Positions 13,318 through 28,467 of a DNA stretch of 64,000 nucleotides are shown here, in pieces. The first letter of the stretch is position 1. Every line of letters starts with the position of its first letter. Source of the DNA: Tubulanus polymorphus (Eukaryota > Animalia > Nemertea). The DNA lies in NCBI RefSeq assembly GCF_964204645.1, contig NW_027437471.1:1-64000 (forward strand). Direction: 5' to 3'. The notes below the pieces were generated by a model. The model had not been told where the DNA came from. It ran no database searches and saw nothing but the letters and a program-made list of their open reading frames with translations. The position numbers were made by a program, and so were the translations under genes.

Positions 13318-14542
13318 CATGTTTGACTGCGATTAATAGGCCTATAGGTTAAGCGACATATGAAGTAAACTTACACTGTTTGATGTAATCAGTCGATGGA
13401 ATCATTTTAGAACAAATTCATCACAAAACAGCGAGGTGAAGCCCATCGTGGTCCAGATATATCAGGATGGAATGACGTTATGCTCGACTGAGCGCCACCA
13501 TATGTGCACCGTTTGTTTGTAGGATGTGACTCTGAAATAATATGATTTCCCACAATATCTGAGATGGAATATTTTTCGCCATTTAAACCAATGTTACAAA
13601 CACTTACCAAATATTGAAATACTGATTTCAGGGGTCGGGAAGGAGGGTGGCAATGTTTAGGTGAGGTTTTTGCTTAATTTCGTGTTATATGGTAAAGCAC
13701 GCCATTTTGATATTGCGTCATAGTGTACCTCAGATTGGGATTCCCGCCGCTAGACTGGTCACCGCCACCTGTATTCGCAGGTAGAAATGGCAACCAGTCT
13801 ATGCAGTCTCGGCTTCTTTTCGATTAGATTAGGTTTTATATTCTACGCAATATTCAAAGAATTTATTCTAATGAAAACCACGCTCTTTACCAATCTAATC
13901 ATTCGTTTCGAGGTTTCCGTAATTACTACTTTAGTTCACAGAAATTCCGCTATCGTTATTCAATGGGGCAGCACTGAACGGTTGTAATTTGATGCAGTCT
14001 TGCTATTTTACTGCGGCATGTGAGGAATACAGATTTTTCTTAAGTCAAATTTCATTCATCACTCAACACTAGTTTGTTAGAAATTAATAACTCAACCAAC
14101 ATTAGAGCTTTATATAAGGAGAGTAAATGGTATGATAGAATCTCCCTAATTCCGATCATTGGGACCAACAAAATTCATCCGTTTTACGGCAAATCCGGAT
14201 TAAAAGTCATTTTCGTGTATATTAATGATTAAATTGACTGTAAATATTATCCGGATTAGACCAAAAATCGGATTATGCCGATGCGGATTAAACGATTTAG
14301 TTTGACTGTATTAGCCAATAGAATCAGTCTTCGCCCATCGAACTGGCCCCAGGGTACAAAAATTACCAAGAAACAAACACTGACGAGTGTTGGCCTGTTT
14401 AATAAACGCAGTAACCCTAGTGTGGGCCTGGTGAATAAACGCAGAAACCCTAGTGTTGGCCTGGTGAATAAACGCAGAAACCCTAGTGTTGGCCTGTTAC
14501 CACACTGACCAACCATATTCACAAACCACGGCAGCCATCAGA

Positions 14543-14645
14543 ACTCAGTGGTCTAGTGGTTAGCGTGCTCGGCTGGCATGCTGGAGTTCGCAGGTTCGAG
14601 TCCTGCTAGGGTTAGGGTTACGGTCGATGTAGGGTCAGGGTTAGT
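14543..14645 (+). mobile_element. tRNA-derived head followed by TAGGGTTAGGG repeats (copy 1)
   Basis: A box TGGTCTAGTGG, B box GGTTCGAGTCC, then TAGGGTTAGGGTTA. Confidence 0.65.
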
Positions 14646-15482
14646 GCCTCAGGTTGGGGCTAGTTTTTGGCCCAGCGAGGTATTTGTAGTACGAGATGAT
14701 CATCTGTTTGACTCGGGTTATTTTTTGGTCAATAGATTCTATACTAACTTATATATTTTGAACACATATATTTGCTTTATCTAGTGGAGGCCAATTTATT
14801 TAAAAGATACTTCGCTCAATACAGTAGTTTATTTCTAAATGAATAAAAGAGTTGGTGACATTATTCAATATATATAAAAACCACAATATCTACTTTACGG
14901 TTGGTATTTCCACTCTTTTCCATAGGTGTCGCTTTGGATAAATGTCTATATCTCTTGACCCAATGGACCGATTACGATTAAACTTGATACACAGGAACTT
15001 TTATCAAGTAGCACTCGGGGTGGGTGAAATCGCTCTAGGTTGAAGTTACACTGTCCTAAAATGGCTCCAAACAACGTGAAATTGGTAGTTAGGCCTACTA
15101 CGAGTACGGGTAGAACACAGGGTAGAACACAGTATTATCCGGATTAGACCAAAATTCGGATTAAGCCGATGCGGATTAAACGATTTAGTTTGACTGTATT
15201 AGCCAATAGAATCAGTCTTGGAATACAGAAAGACGTTCACGATTGAGTTATGTACAAATACCGATATGAGAAAAGCTTAGATTCACCTCCTAAGCCATCA
15301 CCCATGGAACTGGCCCCAGGGCACTAAAAAGGCAATTACCAAGAAACAACCAATGACGCGAGTGTTGGCCTGTTTGATAAACGCAGAAACCCTAGCGTTG
15401 GCCTGTTTGATAAACTCAGTAACCCTAGTGTTGGCCTTGTACCACACTGACTACAAGTATTCACAAACTAGGACAGCCACCA

Positions 15483-15586
15483 GAACTCAGCGGTCTAGTG
15501 GTTAGCGTGCTCGGCCGGCATGCTGGAGGTCGATGGTTCGAGTCCTGCTAGGGTTAGGTTTACGGTCGATCTAGGGTTAGGGTTAG
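15483..15586 (+). mobile_element. tRNA-derived head + TTAGGG (copy 2, inside a ~0.9 kb local duplication 14230-15125/15135-16070)
   Basis: Same A/B boxes and telomere-like tail. Confidence 0.65.
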
Positions 15587-16965
15587 TGCCTCAGGTTGGG
15601 GCTAATTTTTGGCTCAGCGAGGTGTTTGTAGTACGATGATCATCTGTTTGACTCGGGTTATTTTTTGGTCAATAGATTCTATACTTACTTATATATTTTG
15701 AACACAAATATTTGCTTTATCCTTAGAGGCCACTTTATTTAAAAGATACTTCGCTCAATACAGTAGTTTATTTCTGAATGAATGAAAGAGTTGGTGACAT
15801 TATTCAATATATATAAAAACCACAATATCTACTTTACGGTTGGTATGCAACAATTTCCACTCTTTTCCATAGGTGTCGCTTTGGATAAATGTCTATATCT
15901 CTTGACCCAATGGACCGATTACGATTAAACTTGATACACAGGAACTTTTATCAAGTAGCACTCGGGGTGGGTGAAATCGCTCTAGGTTGAAGTTACACTG
16001 TCCTAAAATGGCTCCAAACAACGTGAAATTGGTAGTTAGGCCTACTACGAGTACGGGTAGAACACATTTTGAAATCGTATCGTTGTAGGTTATCGTAAAG
16101 AAGATGAATACGACGATTAACAGTACAAATATCGTTATAGACACGGTTTTAGTCGAGACATTGATGGCCGGGTTTAACTATTCCTGGATATGACCATGTT
16201 TCACAATTAAATTCATCTTCTGAATGAGGACGACCATCGAACACGTGTCTAATCGCGTCATAATGGGTACGGGGTGTCCCGCGTTCGAACCAAGTAATTA
16301 CTGATACTGGTTCAGAGTGGTCTTTGTACAGGGGTGTCCCGGGTTCGAACTGAGTAGTGGTCCAAGTTGTCCTGATGCTGAATGGAGGATGTACAGGGTT
16401 GTGTCCCGGGTTCGAGAACCAGTAATTACTGATACTGATTCAGAGTGGTCCTGATGCTGATTAGATGATGTACAGGGGTGTCCAGGGTTCGAACTCAGTA
16501 GTGGTCCAAGTTGTCCTGATGCTGAATGTAGGATGTACAAGGGTGTCCCGACCGTACGGTGCTGCCGCTGTGCTCATCGTTAGCGGGATTTCCATACACT
16601 AACTGAAGTCAACTCTGGCAATCGTCGTGCTGTCCAGCTATACTCCGTAACCCTTGCTTGCATACGTTAGTGTATGAAAATCCCGCTACCGATGAGCATA
16701 GAGGCAGCACCGTACGGTGAAATGTTGATATCTTAAAAGTAATTACTGATAACTGATTGGTCCTGATGCTGAATGGAGGATGTACAGGGGTATCCCGGGT
16801 TCGAACCAGTAATTACTGATACTGGTTCAGAGTGGTCTTGATACTGAATAGAGGATGTACAGGTGTCCTGGGTTCGACCCCGCCACGAAAAATGATTAAA
16901 TAACGCACACACGACTTACAGCAACAATCATCTATATTTATTCCTCATTGTCATGTAACACACCC

Positions 16966-17173
16966 GGCCCAGTTCCACAGTTGTGAGTTAGAGTTAAAGT
17001 TAATTCACTTTCAATGAGTTACCCCAGGGCCCAGTTTCACAAAAAGGTTTAACTCTTAAATCGATTTAATTTCTTCATTAATTCAGTTTATCTTAAATCG
17101 ATTTAGGCCTTAATCCTTTTTGTGAAACTGGGCCCAGAGTTAAATCTTAACTCAACAACTGTGGAACTGGACC
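16966..17173. mobile_element. Nested PIF/Harbinger-like MITEs (inner element 17028-17134 with CAG TSD)
   Basis: Outer TIR GGYCCAGTTCCACAGTTG, inner TIR GGCCCAGTTTCACAAAAA; absent from the paralogous site near 4668. Confidence 0.8.
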
Positions 17174-19964
17174 CTGCCCTTTTAAGAATAGTAGTTGGAC
17201 CATCGAATTGAAACCCTCGCATACCAGGGTAAGACAGAAAAAATGAATCCCTCGAGTAGAAACCAGGGGTCGCAGTTTCACAAAAAACGATGCATTAACT
17301 GAATTTGTGAAGAAATTTAATCTGGATCAAATCTCACAAAAACAGATGAACTTCATGAACTCAGTTTCTCTTTTTTGTTGATCTTTGATAACTAATCCGA
17401 ATATGTGAAACCGTACCCTCGGTAGGATTTGGTTTATGATGCGAGGGTTTCAATCAGATTTAGATGCCGCAGTTTCGCATACTGAATAGCGAGTGTCCAG
17501 TTTCACAGAGAAAGTATGAATCAATTTCAACTAGGGATTTACTTTTTTCTTCAAAATAAAATGTTTGAACACAATTGGTTTGTGAAACTCTATACCCTAG
17601 GCCCAGTTTCTTCAAAAATATTCATTCATTGAGGCGGTGAAGTCGAATTGAGTAAAGTTTTATGAGTAAATTATTTCTATGAAACTGAACCCGTGGGATT
17701 TACGAGTGACGCACTGAGTGTGTGTGAAACTGCTGGCGTCTGTAATCACAACTAAAACAACACAGAAAATTCATCTTTATTTCAAATAAAACAGAACAAC
17801 AGTTCACACGAAATATTACGTATAGTCACATAATAAAGAAAACCTGTCGATATTTCAACTTTATGGTTTCATTGATTGAGTGACTTAAAACATGTCCATA
17901 TTACATCATTATACAATATGTGTATCATACAATTTTTTACAAAACCAGACCAATAAAACTGGGTCGTGGGGTACAAACAATTACAAACTAATGCAACCAG
18001 TTATCGCTGCTTTACAGCTACATTTAATCTTCAATTTCAATTTTCACTAAAACTTTAAAACCCACTATATAGAAACTTAATAGAAATAAAAGACACAACA
18101 TTTTGGAGTCTCTGTAGAGACCATTATCAAGTCTGAAGAATAACTAAAACAGGGAAAAACAAGTTCATTAGGAAAGTAAAGCGAGTGTTCAGTGCTAAGG
18201 TCGAGAGGTTTTGTTATTTTGTGCGTATAGGTAGTTCTAGTTATTTCTTCATTATACTTTTGTTATTTTGATTCCGATTCTTGATAAATGAATTTTGCCT
18301 TTTAAATTTGCATATAGCAGGGTTTAAATTATATATTCTATGCCCGAGTCAGGCTATTATTCTATTAGCAAAAATGACACCACAGCTTTGAGAGACGAAT
18401 CAGGGGATGACTCTATTGTTTTTATGGATATGTGATACACAGTCCATCAAACCATCATAAACAGAACAACAGTAGGCTGCCCGTGCCGGTCGGCACTTAT
18501 GAACAATATTCATTTGGCTCCAGGTAGATGGTTGGTCACTGTCCCTGTCAAATGGCAAATTGGTCCCGATCCCCACTTCGTCCTAGAATAGAGAAAACTT
18601 GCGTCAGCAAATATTACATAGAAAATGTTCGATTGAATTAACAGTCAAATGGGAATTGTTTTCATGACATAATTCGGTAACTAGAATTTATAATTACCTT
18701 ATAATTCTAGATAATTCAACACCATTATTCAATCTTTGATCACTTTTCAAACTGTTCTATTGGACAAATTTCATGCTGCAAAAAATCATTATACTATGAA
18801 AATACTAAGTAATGTATTTATAGCAGTCTGAAATTGGGGCTAAATTCTATTAGAAAATCAATCATTTTCAAACTTGTGTTTAGCAGAATTAAGAATCACA
18901 CATAAAAATCCTGTACAGAATAATTAAATGTTAGAATATTATGAAATTAGAGCACAGTGGAGTGATGAAATACTCACCATTTCTAAACTCATATCAGATA
19001 AGTTCAGTGCCATCTAGCAGGATTTCACTTCCAACAGTCATAATGTCATGAAGTTAAGAGAACTGATGATTTTCTGAGAAAATAAATTCTTAAAACGATA
19101 GCAGCAGCTTCAGCAACTAGAGCTTCTTTACTCTTTGAAGGTGAATATTTTTAATTTCTCCAGTTCCAATTAGTGTTGGGCGTATTGCATTCTGGAAAGA
19201 GAAAATTATGCCAGAAAATGGTTAATGAAATAGATAGAAACTGCAACTGTTCGATTGACAGAAAACCTACCGGGTTAATGAGTAGTTTATCACAATGTGT
19301 CGAGTATATGCAGATTTCTGAGAGGTTTGATGGTAGCTTTAGACTGCGTCCTCAAGTAAAACGTTGATACCTGCCAACATTGACTGATCAAAACATCATT
19401 TTCTGGACTTGATTTGAAGATCACCACAAATTACTGCAATAAATCGATATAAAACTCACCGCTTCTGATTTGATTGATTTGTGGAGCGCGATGTTAACTG
19501 CAAGTTCAGCTTTATTTTAGACCCTAGAATACATCAGTTGTATAATTTTGATGATTCGAACTTTGACCAGAATAGAAGTGATTGAAAATTCGCCTTCACT
19601 GATTAATGTAGCTTCTAATCAGGAAATGAGTTTATAAATGTACAGTCAAACAGAGACTAGAATCTGTAGAGATATTTACCGGTACCGTATTGGTTTTGAG
19701 GATCTAAAGCGATGTCCATCTTAAACAAATGTGAAATGAATTCCCAATGTTTACTGTTCACAGATTCTATCAAGGGTTCCAGTTATTTCAGCTCCTAAAT
19801 ACAAATTTTAGAAATTGTCAGTGAAGTTGTTATGAAATAAGAGCAGTTTCACACCAAATCAAACTAAGCCGTGATCTTTGAGTGATTGAATGCTGGAAAC
19901 ATAAACAGATAGAATAATTTATATAGAACAGTTCTCTAAAAATAATGAATTTCCAAACAGGTTT

Positions 19965-20490
19965 TACCTGCTGCTGCTGCAGCTGCTGGTGGCGCTGTGG
20001 CTGCATGGTGCTGGTACTGCGGGTACTGCCAGTGCTGCAGTTGCAGCTGCTGGTGGCGCTGTTGCTGCATGGTGCTGGTACTGCGGGTACTGCCAGTGCT
20101 GCAGTTGCAGCTGCTGGTGGCGCTGTTGCTGCATGGTGCTGGTACTGCGGGTACTGCCAGTGCTGCTGCTGGTGGCGCTGTTGCTGCATGGTGCTGGTAC
20201 TGCAGGTACTGGTGCTGCTGCTGTTGCTGCTGCTGGTGGCGCTGTTGCTGCATGGTGCTGGTACTGCGGGTACTGCCAGTGCTGCTGCTGGTGGCGCTGT
20301 TGCTGCATGGTGCTGGTACTGCAGGTACTGGTGCTGCTGCTGTTGCAGCTGCTGGTGGCGCTGTTGCTGCATGGTGCTGGTACTGCGGGTACTGCCAGTG
20401 CTGCTGTTGCAGCTGCTGGTGGCGCTGTTGCTGCATGGTGCTGGTTTGCAGGTACTGCTAGTGCTGCTGTTGCTGCTGCTGCTGCGGTGT
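19965..20490. repeat. GCT-rich ~54-66-bp minisatellite, expanded relative to 7066-7230
   Basis: Tandem GCTGCTGGTGGCGCTGTTGCTGCATGGTGCTGGTACTGC units. Confidence 0.9.
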
Positions 20491-23400
20491 GTATCTCATC
20501 CTGTAACTGAGAGTAAAACAGTAATTTTTAGTTCAAAAATAATTCAAAATATCAACAGAGACTGTGAAGAATTCTGTGGAGAAATTCATTAACAGTTTTA
20601 TACTTACCCTTAAATGAGCCTGTTTAAATAGTAAATTCTATTGCATTCATTTCATTCTGAAAAGAAAAAGAAACAATAATCAGTGACAATAGAGCAGAAT
20701 GTAACATCTCAAATTATCAATCAATCAGACAGAACAGTACAGGATTTCTGTAGATTAAACTGCTGTACTTATTTCATACTGATTGAACAGTTACAGATAC
20801 ATGTAACATTGTGTACAGATACAGAGTACAGATCACTGCATTACTTCATCCTGTGATTGAACAGTGATTTAATGTTCTCTCATCTTCATTAGATTCCCAT
20901 CCATCTAACTAAAACATCAGAACAGTTTAACTCATCTAACCTCCCGACCCGACCCTCCCAGACCCCTTCCCTCCCGGACCCCTTCCCTCCCGCCCTCCTG
21001 GACCCCTCCCTCAATGCCCTCCCTCAATGCCCTCCCACCTGGCCCTCCCTCAATGCCCTCCCTCAATGCCTCCTCAACTCTCTTGTCTCCTCTTCACACA
21101 CCACTCATCTGTACAATAACTACAAAACGATTTGCCATTTTTCACAATCATATCAATTTCATTTATAAATCAAAATCCTTAATCAATTGCACCATTGATG
21201 GGACTCACAGATACTTTCTCTACACATTTTGGAGGCATTCAGATGACCTCAAATGATCATATGCCTGGGTTGGTCTTGAAAAATCACATGGCTTCATTTT
21301 TACAGATGATTTCTTTATCAATTTCATCACATTATTCCTATTATTTCTACTCCCTCAAATAAGTATTCACAATATATCTCAGTTTCACGACAAGTTGCAG
21401 CAGTCGTCTGTAAACAGATTTCATTTCATCAAATGATGCGAGTTTGAGTTGTAGAGGTTTCATCTACAAAACATCAAACCAAACCTGAGGAACTTAATGT
21501 TGTAAGGGAGGGGGAGGTAAAGGAAATAAACCCGAACCAAACCTCCACACTCACAAAATGTTGTGAGAAAGGCAAACACAAACCAAGGACAAGAATGATG
21601 GCTGAGATCAAAACAATTAATGCTATTTATGTTGCTTCACCAATTCAACATGACGTCACTAAATGGAACCATTGTGGACTATTTCAATACTCTCTACCAG
21701 AGGTTTCATATAAGCAAGTAGTTTATGGAATCCTATTCATAAAAGTTATTAATCAATGTTTTTAAACTGCTGATGCAAAATATATACGTCATAAATAATC
21801 TGTTTGATTGTCTTTTCAAGTTAACACTTAAACCCAGTGGAACAAATCAAACTCCAGCCATTTTTCCTTCATTTGCCATTTTTCGTTTTTACTCTTTTCT
21901 CTGATTTTTAGCACTTGAGTCGAGGTAGGAATAGACCCCTGCGCGCTCGCTAAGCGTGCAGGACACTAAACCTTCGAATTGCTCTCGACCCTTCTCTTTA
22001 TATTTCATCTTTTTTGAGTCGAGGTAGGAATAGACCCCTGCCCGCCCTCTAAGCGTGCAGGACACTAAACCTTCGAATTGCTCTCGGACCCCACTCTTTA
22101 TATCAGCATTTCATGCTGTTTTATTTTATTCACGCATTCGCTTTACATTTTTTCATATGGCTTTTCCTTATTTGTCGTCTCACTAAAATTCTCATCAGTT
22201 CCGACTGGGATCAAGTTTAATCTTTTAGAGACAAACAGCAAAAGGTTGTGTTAGTTGCACCAGCAGCAGCAGCAGCTGCAGCAGCACCAGCAGCAACACT
22301 GATACAGATGAATCTTTCATTAACTACGTCATTTGTTCCATTCTCAAATATTGAGTCATGAAGGCAACAGAATAACTTTAAAAAACGTTAAATCTTTCAT
22401 TTATGGCCTTGGTTTAGTGACCTAAGCGTCAAAGTTTGGTTCATAGCCCAGGTTGAGTGACCAAAGAGTCAAAGTTTGGTTCATGGCCCAGGTCTGGTGA
22501 CCAAAGAGTCAAAGTTTGGTTCATAGCCCAGGTTTGGTGACCAAAGGGTCAAAGTTTGGTTCATGGCTCAGGTTTAGTGACCAAAGAGTCAAAGTTTGGT
22601 TCAAAGCCCTGTTTTGGTGACCAAAGAGTCAAAGTTTGGTTCATAGCCCAGGTTTGGTGACCAAAGAGTCAAAGTTTGGTTCATGGCCCAGGTCTGGTGA
22701 CCAAAGAGTCAAAGTTTGGTTCATAGCCCAGGTTTAGTGACCAAAGAGTCTAAGTTTGGTCTATGGTTCTGATTTGGTGACCACGGAGGGTAAATATAGC
22801 TCATGGCCCTCGTTAAAGGTAAGTCAGTTTTATGGCTCTGGTTTGATTAGCAAATAACATGAGAAATTGAGCGTTGCATATGTTGAATAGGGGAATTGGA
22901 CTAAACACTCATCACTAGAATAAAGTGAAGAATTATGTTCACACTGAATGGGCTCAAAATCTTGTACTAATTGATAAAGTCTGAAATAAAACTGACTAAT
23001 TTGAGTCTACCGGAAAATGATGCATTGATCGAATTCTAAAAGCTATAAACTGACAAATTGATCGAGCGCTGATAATATTTTAAATAACAGCGGAGGATGA
23101 AATGACTTTCATAAACTGATATGATCATGAAAAATGGCAAAATACACTAGATATCCCCGCTTTTTCAGAGTCTCATTGTAGTAGGAAGATTGCCGTAGCC
23201 TCACTGTAAAAACTACAACTACATCTGGTTGAATATCATCTGTTTTTATGGCTTTTAAATTCAGTAAAATATTTCCTGATAGAAGTATAATTAGTTCGCA
23301 GCCCCTTAAATTCTGTCTAGAATAGAATTATAAGTCACAGGTAGAAATAGAATATTATCCTATTCTAAAATGAATATAATAATAGAACAATAGTCTCTCC

Positions 23401-26400
23401 GTGTCAATCTTTGTCCCACCTAAAAATTGTACAGTTTATTTCAGAAAATGTGTCCCATCTTTTTGAAAAGGATAACTAATTATTAAGGATATCTATGAAT
23501 AGTGATATACTGTGCCATGAAGGCAAATGAAGAAGTGTGTCCATAAAAGTGATAACAAAACATATCACTTATTCTAATGAGTTCTATACTCTTCTTCCAA
23601 AAATGAAGAGTAGGTCTCTGTCTAAGAATCTGCAGAAAAAAGAGGAAGCAGCGATGAATGTGAACTGCATCTCGACTCTCGTCAACAATTTTCTAAGTCG
23701 TCCTATACAGTTCTCAGTATTCACAGCCGTTTTTAAAATAGCTCAGAAGAAAATACATCTTTCAGCTGGAAATGTATCAGTAAACCGCCAGATATCAACA
23801 GTAATTATTACGTATGATTGTTGTTTCATTGAATTATTAATGAAACCGTTTTTTGATCGGAGCCAAGGAGCAGTTTGTGATCATTCAAAAAATATCTCTC
23901 ATTCCTGACATCATTAAATAATGGCCCTCAAAATTGAAACGTCCCAATTCAAAAATCTGGGGCAATTATCTCATAACGATTGAGAGAAGTGACGGTGAAA
24001 TAACGTGCGCACTCACCGGGGATCAAACCCGGGTCTCATAGAAATAACAACCAGTAAAATAGAACGAGTCCAATTGGCCGATGCTTATACAGCTTGTCAT
24101 GCATAACAACTGAAACATGACATGTTGCAGTCACGTGTTTCATAATGATTAATCCTTTCTTAGAATAATAAAAAGATGGGACACATTTTCTGAAATATCC
24201 TGAACTTCAAGACTAAAACTACGACTAAACCACCTGTACCTGTACCTAAACCCTAAACCCCCACCCTATATCGCTCCCTCCAAAGTCCTACCACCACCCC
24301 TACATCCCTCCCACCCTCCCAAGTCCAACCACCACCCCTACATCCCTCCCACCCTCCGGGACCCCATCCCTCCCGGACCCCTTCCCTCCTGCCCTCCCGG
24401 ACCCCTTCCCTCCCGCCCTCCCTCCCACACCCCTTCCCTCCCGCCCTCCCTCACCCCATCTCTCCCACCATTCCTCCCAGACCCCTTCCCTCCCACCGTC
24501 CCCCACCCCAACCCTCCCTCCCTCTACCCCTTCCCTCCCCCCAACCCTACCCACCCTCCCTAAATCCCGTGGTTAGGTGAGTTGAATGTTCTGATGTTTT
24601 AGTTAGACGGATGGGAATCTAATGAAGATGAAAGAACATTAAATCACTGTTCAATCACAGGATGAAGTAATGCAGTGATCTGTACTCTGTATCTGTACAC
24701 AATGTTACATGTATCTGTAACTGTACAATCAGTATGAAATAAGTACAGCAGTTTAATCTATAGAAATTCTAACTCTTAAGATACACATGATCTGATTATC
24801 ACGAAGGAACATGATTGATAACAGTTGTATTATTGACATCAGGAACCAGTTTCATATTGATTAGAAATAACATTTGAGTTGATCACAATTTAGAAAACCT
24901 GTAAACCCGCTTACAGAAATAACAATCCCAACCATGAACTGATTATAGTCAAATATTCATCAAAAGAAATTTGAAATGATTGAATAACTGCAACAGGTTT
25001 CTGAGATTTCATTTCAAAACATGGTTTATAACAAACAATATAAAATTGGTCCCTTAAAATCAATTCAACCACCGATAAATAAAGATTAATGTTACTTATC
25101 TTGAATTTCCACATAGGCTATAGTGATTCCTGATGTCATGCTGAATCCAAGAGTGATTCCCGATGTTCTGTGCTAAATCAAAAAAAGTCTGGTAGTAAAA
25201 CACTGATTCCTTGTTGTCCTGTGCTGAATCCAAGAATGATTTCCGATGTCCGGCGCAAAACCAAAAAAGTCTGATTGTGAAACACTGATTCCTTGTTGTC
25301 CTGTGCTGAATCCAAGAGTGATTCTTGTTTTCCTGTGCTGAATCAAAATTCCCGTTGAACATGTTGAAGTGATACCTATAATAGACAAATCTTAGATTGT
25401 TTTCTTTCCTTAGAAATAACTGCAGAAATATCAAATCTAAAATTCAAACTTACAAATTAGATTGTTCGCTCCAATCTGCAGTTCATTTATTCAAGGGGTT
25501 TTTCTATCCACAGTTTAGGTTTTGCATCTAGAGTTCAACATGAAATATAAACAAGAAAGTAATGAAAAAACGAACAGTTTAAATATTATCTGTTTCTGAA
25601 ACCGATGAAGATCATCATCATCATCATCATCATTAATATCACAGACGAATGGAGGCAAGTAGGACATCAATCCTCCTGCGGCAGGGACTCGAACCTGATG
25701 GCATCCAGATTGCCACGGTACGAAACCCTGCCACACTAGACCGAGTGCGCAGCAGCTACACGCGCAGCTTAGTTGATGTCATTAATAGCCAATTAGAAAT
25801 TCAGTTTTATTTGAGCCCGGGTTTTCCCATTTATAGTTCTTCCGTGAAATTTACCTCAGCGATTAACGAGCAATCTGATTGGTGCCGCAAGATTTCGCGC
25901 GGTAAAGCTGCGCATGTACCTGCGCACCCGGTCTAGTGTGGCAGGGGTTCGTGCCGTGGCTGAGTGTAGTGAGCGATGTCATCAGGTTCAAATCCCTCCC
26001 ATGGGAGTATGTTGGTGTCCGACAAGTTTGACTGCGATTAATAGGCCTATAGGTTAAGCGTCAGATGAAATAAACTTACACTGTTTGATGTAATCAGTCG
26101 ATGGAATCATTTTAGAACAAATTCATCACAAAACAGCGAGGTGAAGCCCATCGTGGTCTAGATATATCAGGATGGAATGACGTCATGCTTGACTGAGCGC
26201 CACCAGTCCAAGTACACCGTTTGTAGGATGTGACTGAAATAATATGATTTCCCACAATATCTGAGATGGAATATTTTTCGCCATTTAAACCAATGTTACA
26301 AACACTTACCAAATATTGAAATACTGATTTCAGGGGTGGGGAAGGAGGGTGGCAATGTTTAGGTGAGGTTTTTGCTTAATTTCGTGTTATGGTAAAGCAC

Positions 26401-27087
26401 GCCATTTTGATATTGCGTCATAGTTGTACCTCAGATTGGGATTCCCGCCGCTAGACTGGTCACCGCCACCTGCATTCGCAAGTAGAAATGGCAACCAGTC
26501 GATTGCAGGTCTCGGCTTCTTTTCGATTAGATTAGGTTTTGTATTCTACGCAATATTCAAAGAATTTATTCTAATGAAAACCACGCTCTTTACCAATCTA
26601 ATCATTCGTTTCGAGGTTTCCGTAATTACTACTTTAGTTCACAGAAATTCCGCTATCGTTATTCATAGGGGCAGCACTGAACGGTTATAATTTGATGCAG
26701 TCTTGCTATTTTACTGCGGCATGTGAGGAATACAGATTATTCTTAAGTCAAATTTCATTCATCACTCAACACTAGCTTGTTAGAAATTAATAACTGTACC
26801 AACATTAGAGCTTTATATAAGGAGAGTAAATGGTATGATAGAATCTCCCTAATTCCGATCATTGGGACCAACAAAATACATCCGTTTTACGGCAAATCCG
26901 GATTAAAAGTCATTTTCGTGTATATTAATGATTAAATTGACTGTAAATATTATCCGGATTAGACCAAAATTCGGATTAAGCCGATGCGGATTAAACGATT
27001 TAGTTTGACTGTATTAGCCAATAGAATCAGTCATCGCCCATCGAACTGGCCCCAGGGCACTAAAATTACCAAGAAACAAACACTGAC

Positions 27088-27996
27088 GAGTGTTGGCCTG
27101 TTTAATAAACGCAGAAACCCTAGTGTTGGCCTGGGTGAATAAAAGCACAAACCCTAGTGTTGGCCTGTTTAATAAACGCACAAACCCTAGTTTTGGCCTG
27201 GTGAATAAACGCACAAACCCTAGTGTTGGCCTGTTTAATAAACGCACAAACCCTAGTTTTGGCCTGGTGAATAAACGCACAAACCCTAGTTTTGGCCTGT
27301 TTAATAAACGCACAAACCCTAGTTTTGGCCTGGTGAATAAACGCAGAAACCCTAGTGTTGGCCTGGTTAATAAACGCAGAAACCCTAGTGTTGGCCTGGT
27401 TAATAAACGCAGAAACCCTAGTGTTGGCCTGTTTAATAAACGCACAAACCCTAGTTTTGGCCTGGTGAATAAACGCACAAACCCTAGTGTTGGCCTGTTT
27501 AATAAATGCAGAAATCCTAGTTTTGGCCTGGCGAATAAACGCAGAAACCCTAGTTTTGGCCTGGTGAATAAACGCAGAAACCCTAGTGTTGGCCTGTTTA
27601 ATAAACGCACAAACCCTAGTTTTGGCCTGGTGAATAAACGCACAAACCCTAGTTTTGGCCTGTTTAATAAACGCAGAAACCCTAGTTTTGGCCTGGTGAA
27701 TAAACGCAGAAACCCTAGTGTTGGCCTGGTTAATAAACGCAGAAACCCTAGTGTTGGCCTGTTTAATAAACGCAGAAACCCTAGTGTTGGCCTGGGTGAA
27801 TAAACGCACAAACCCTAGTGTTGGCCTGTTTGATAAACGCAGTAACCCTAGTGTTGGCCTGGGTGAATAAACGCAGTAACCCTAGTTTTGGCCTGTTTAA
27901 TAAACGTAGAAACCCTAGTTTTGGCCTGGTGAATAAACGCAGAAACCCTAGTTTTGGCCTGGCGAATAAACGCAGAAACCCTAGTTTTGGCCTGTT
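27088..27996. repeat. 33-bp minisatellite (AATAAACGCAGAAACCCTAGTGTTGGCCTGGTG), ~27 copies versus ~3 at 14386-14497
   Basis: Tandem array with 11-aa periodicity in spurious ORFs. Confidence 0.95.
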
Positions 27997-28039
27997 ACCA
28001 CACTGACCACACATATTCACAAACCATGTCAGTCACCAG

Positions 28040-28120
28040 AACTCAGCGGTCTAGTGGTTAGCGTGTTCGGCCGGCATGCTGGAGGTCGCAGGTTCGAGTC
28101 CTGTTAGGGTTAGGGTTAGT
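28040..28120 (+). mobile_element. tRNA-derived head + (TTAGGG)n (copy 3)
   Basis: A/B boxes then GTTAGGGTTAGGGTTAG. Confidence 0.65.
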
Positions 28121-28467
28121 GCCTCAAGTTGGGGCTAATTTTTGGCCCAGCGAGGAATTTGTAGTACGATAATCATCGACAGAGTACTGGTTTGCGATTT
28201 TGATAGTTTTGTATCAACTAACGGACCCCTTCTAAATACCCGAGAAGTTTGAGAGAACTAGGGCCACTATTAAGGTCGTGCTGGAAGTTGAAAAAGGTCG
28301 CTTTTCAGCTCTTAAATTTGTGCATTTTCGCGTATATTGACACTGATTTTCGCGGTTTAGGCAGGGAACGGCTAGGCTCAACGGAGCCCGGGGTCCAGGA
28401 TTTTAATAGTTCTGTATCAACTACAGGACCCCTTCCAAATACCCGAGTGGTTTAGGAGCCCTAGGGC

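Larger units (their letters stand above)
16270..28180 (+). repeat. Segmental duplication unit B (~11.9 kb; boundaries approximate)
   Basis: Collinear with unit A; differs by indels, TE insertions and tandem-repeat copy number. Confidence 0.9.

Noticed and set aside
19830-20592. Gln/Ala/Cys-rich ORFs in all six frames
   Set aside because: Stop-free minisatellite with no coding signal
27014-28020. 11-aa repeat ORFs or CRISPR-like array
   Set aside because: Contiguous 33-bp tandem repeat with no unique spacers or cas genes; eukaryotic context
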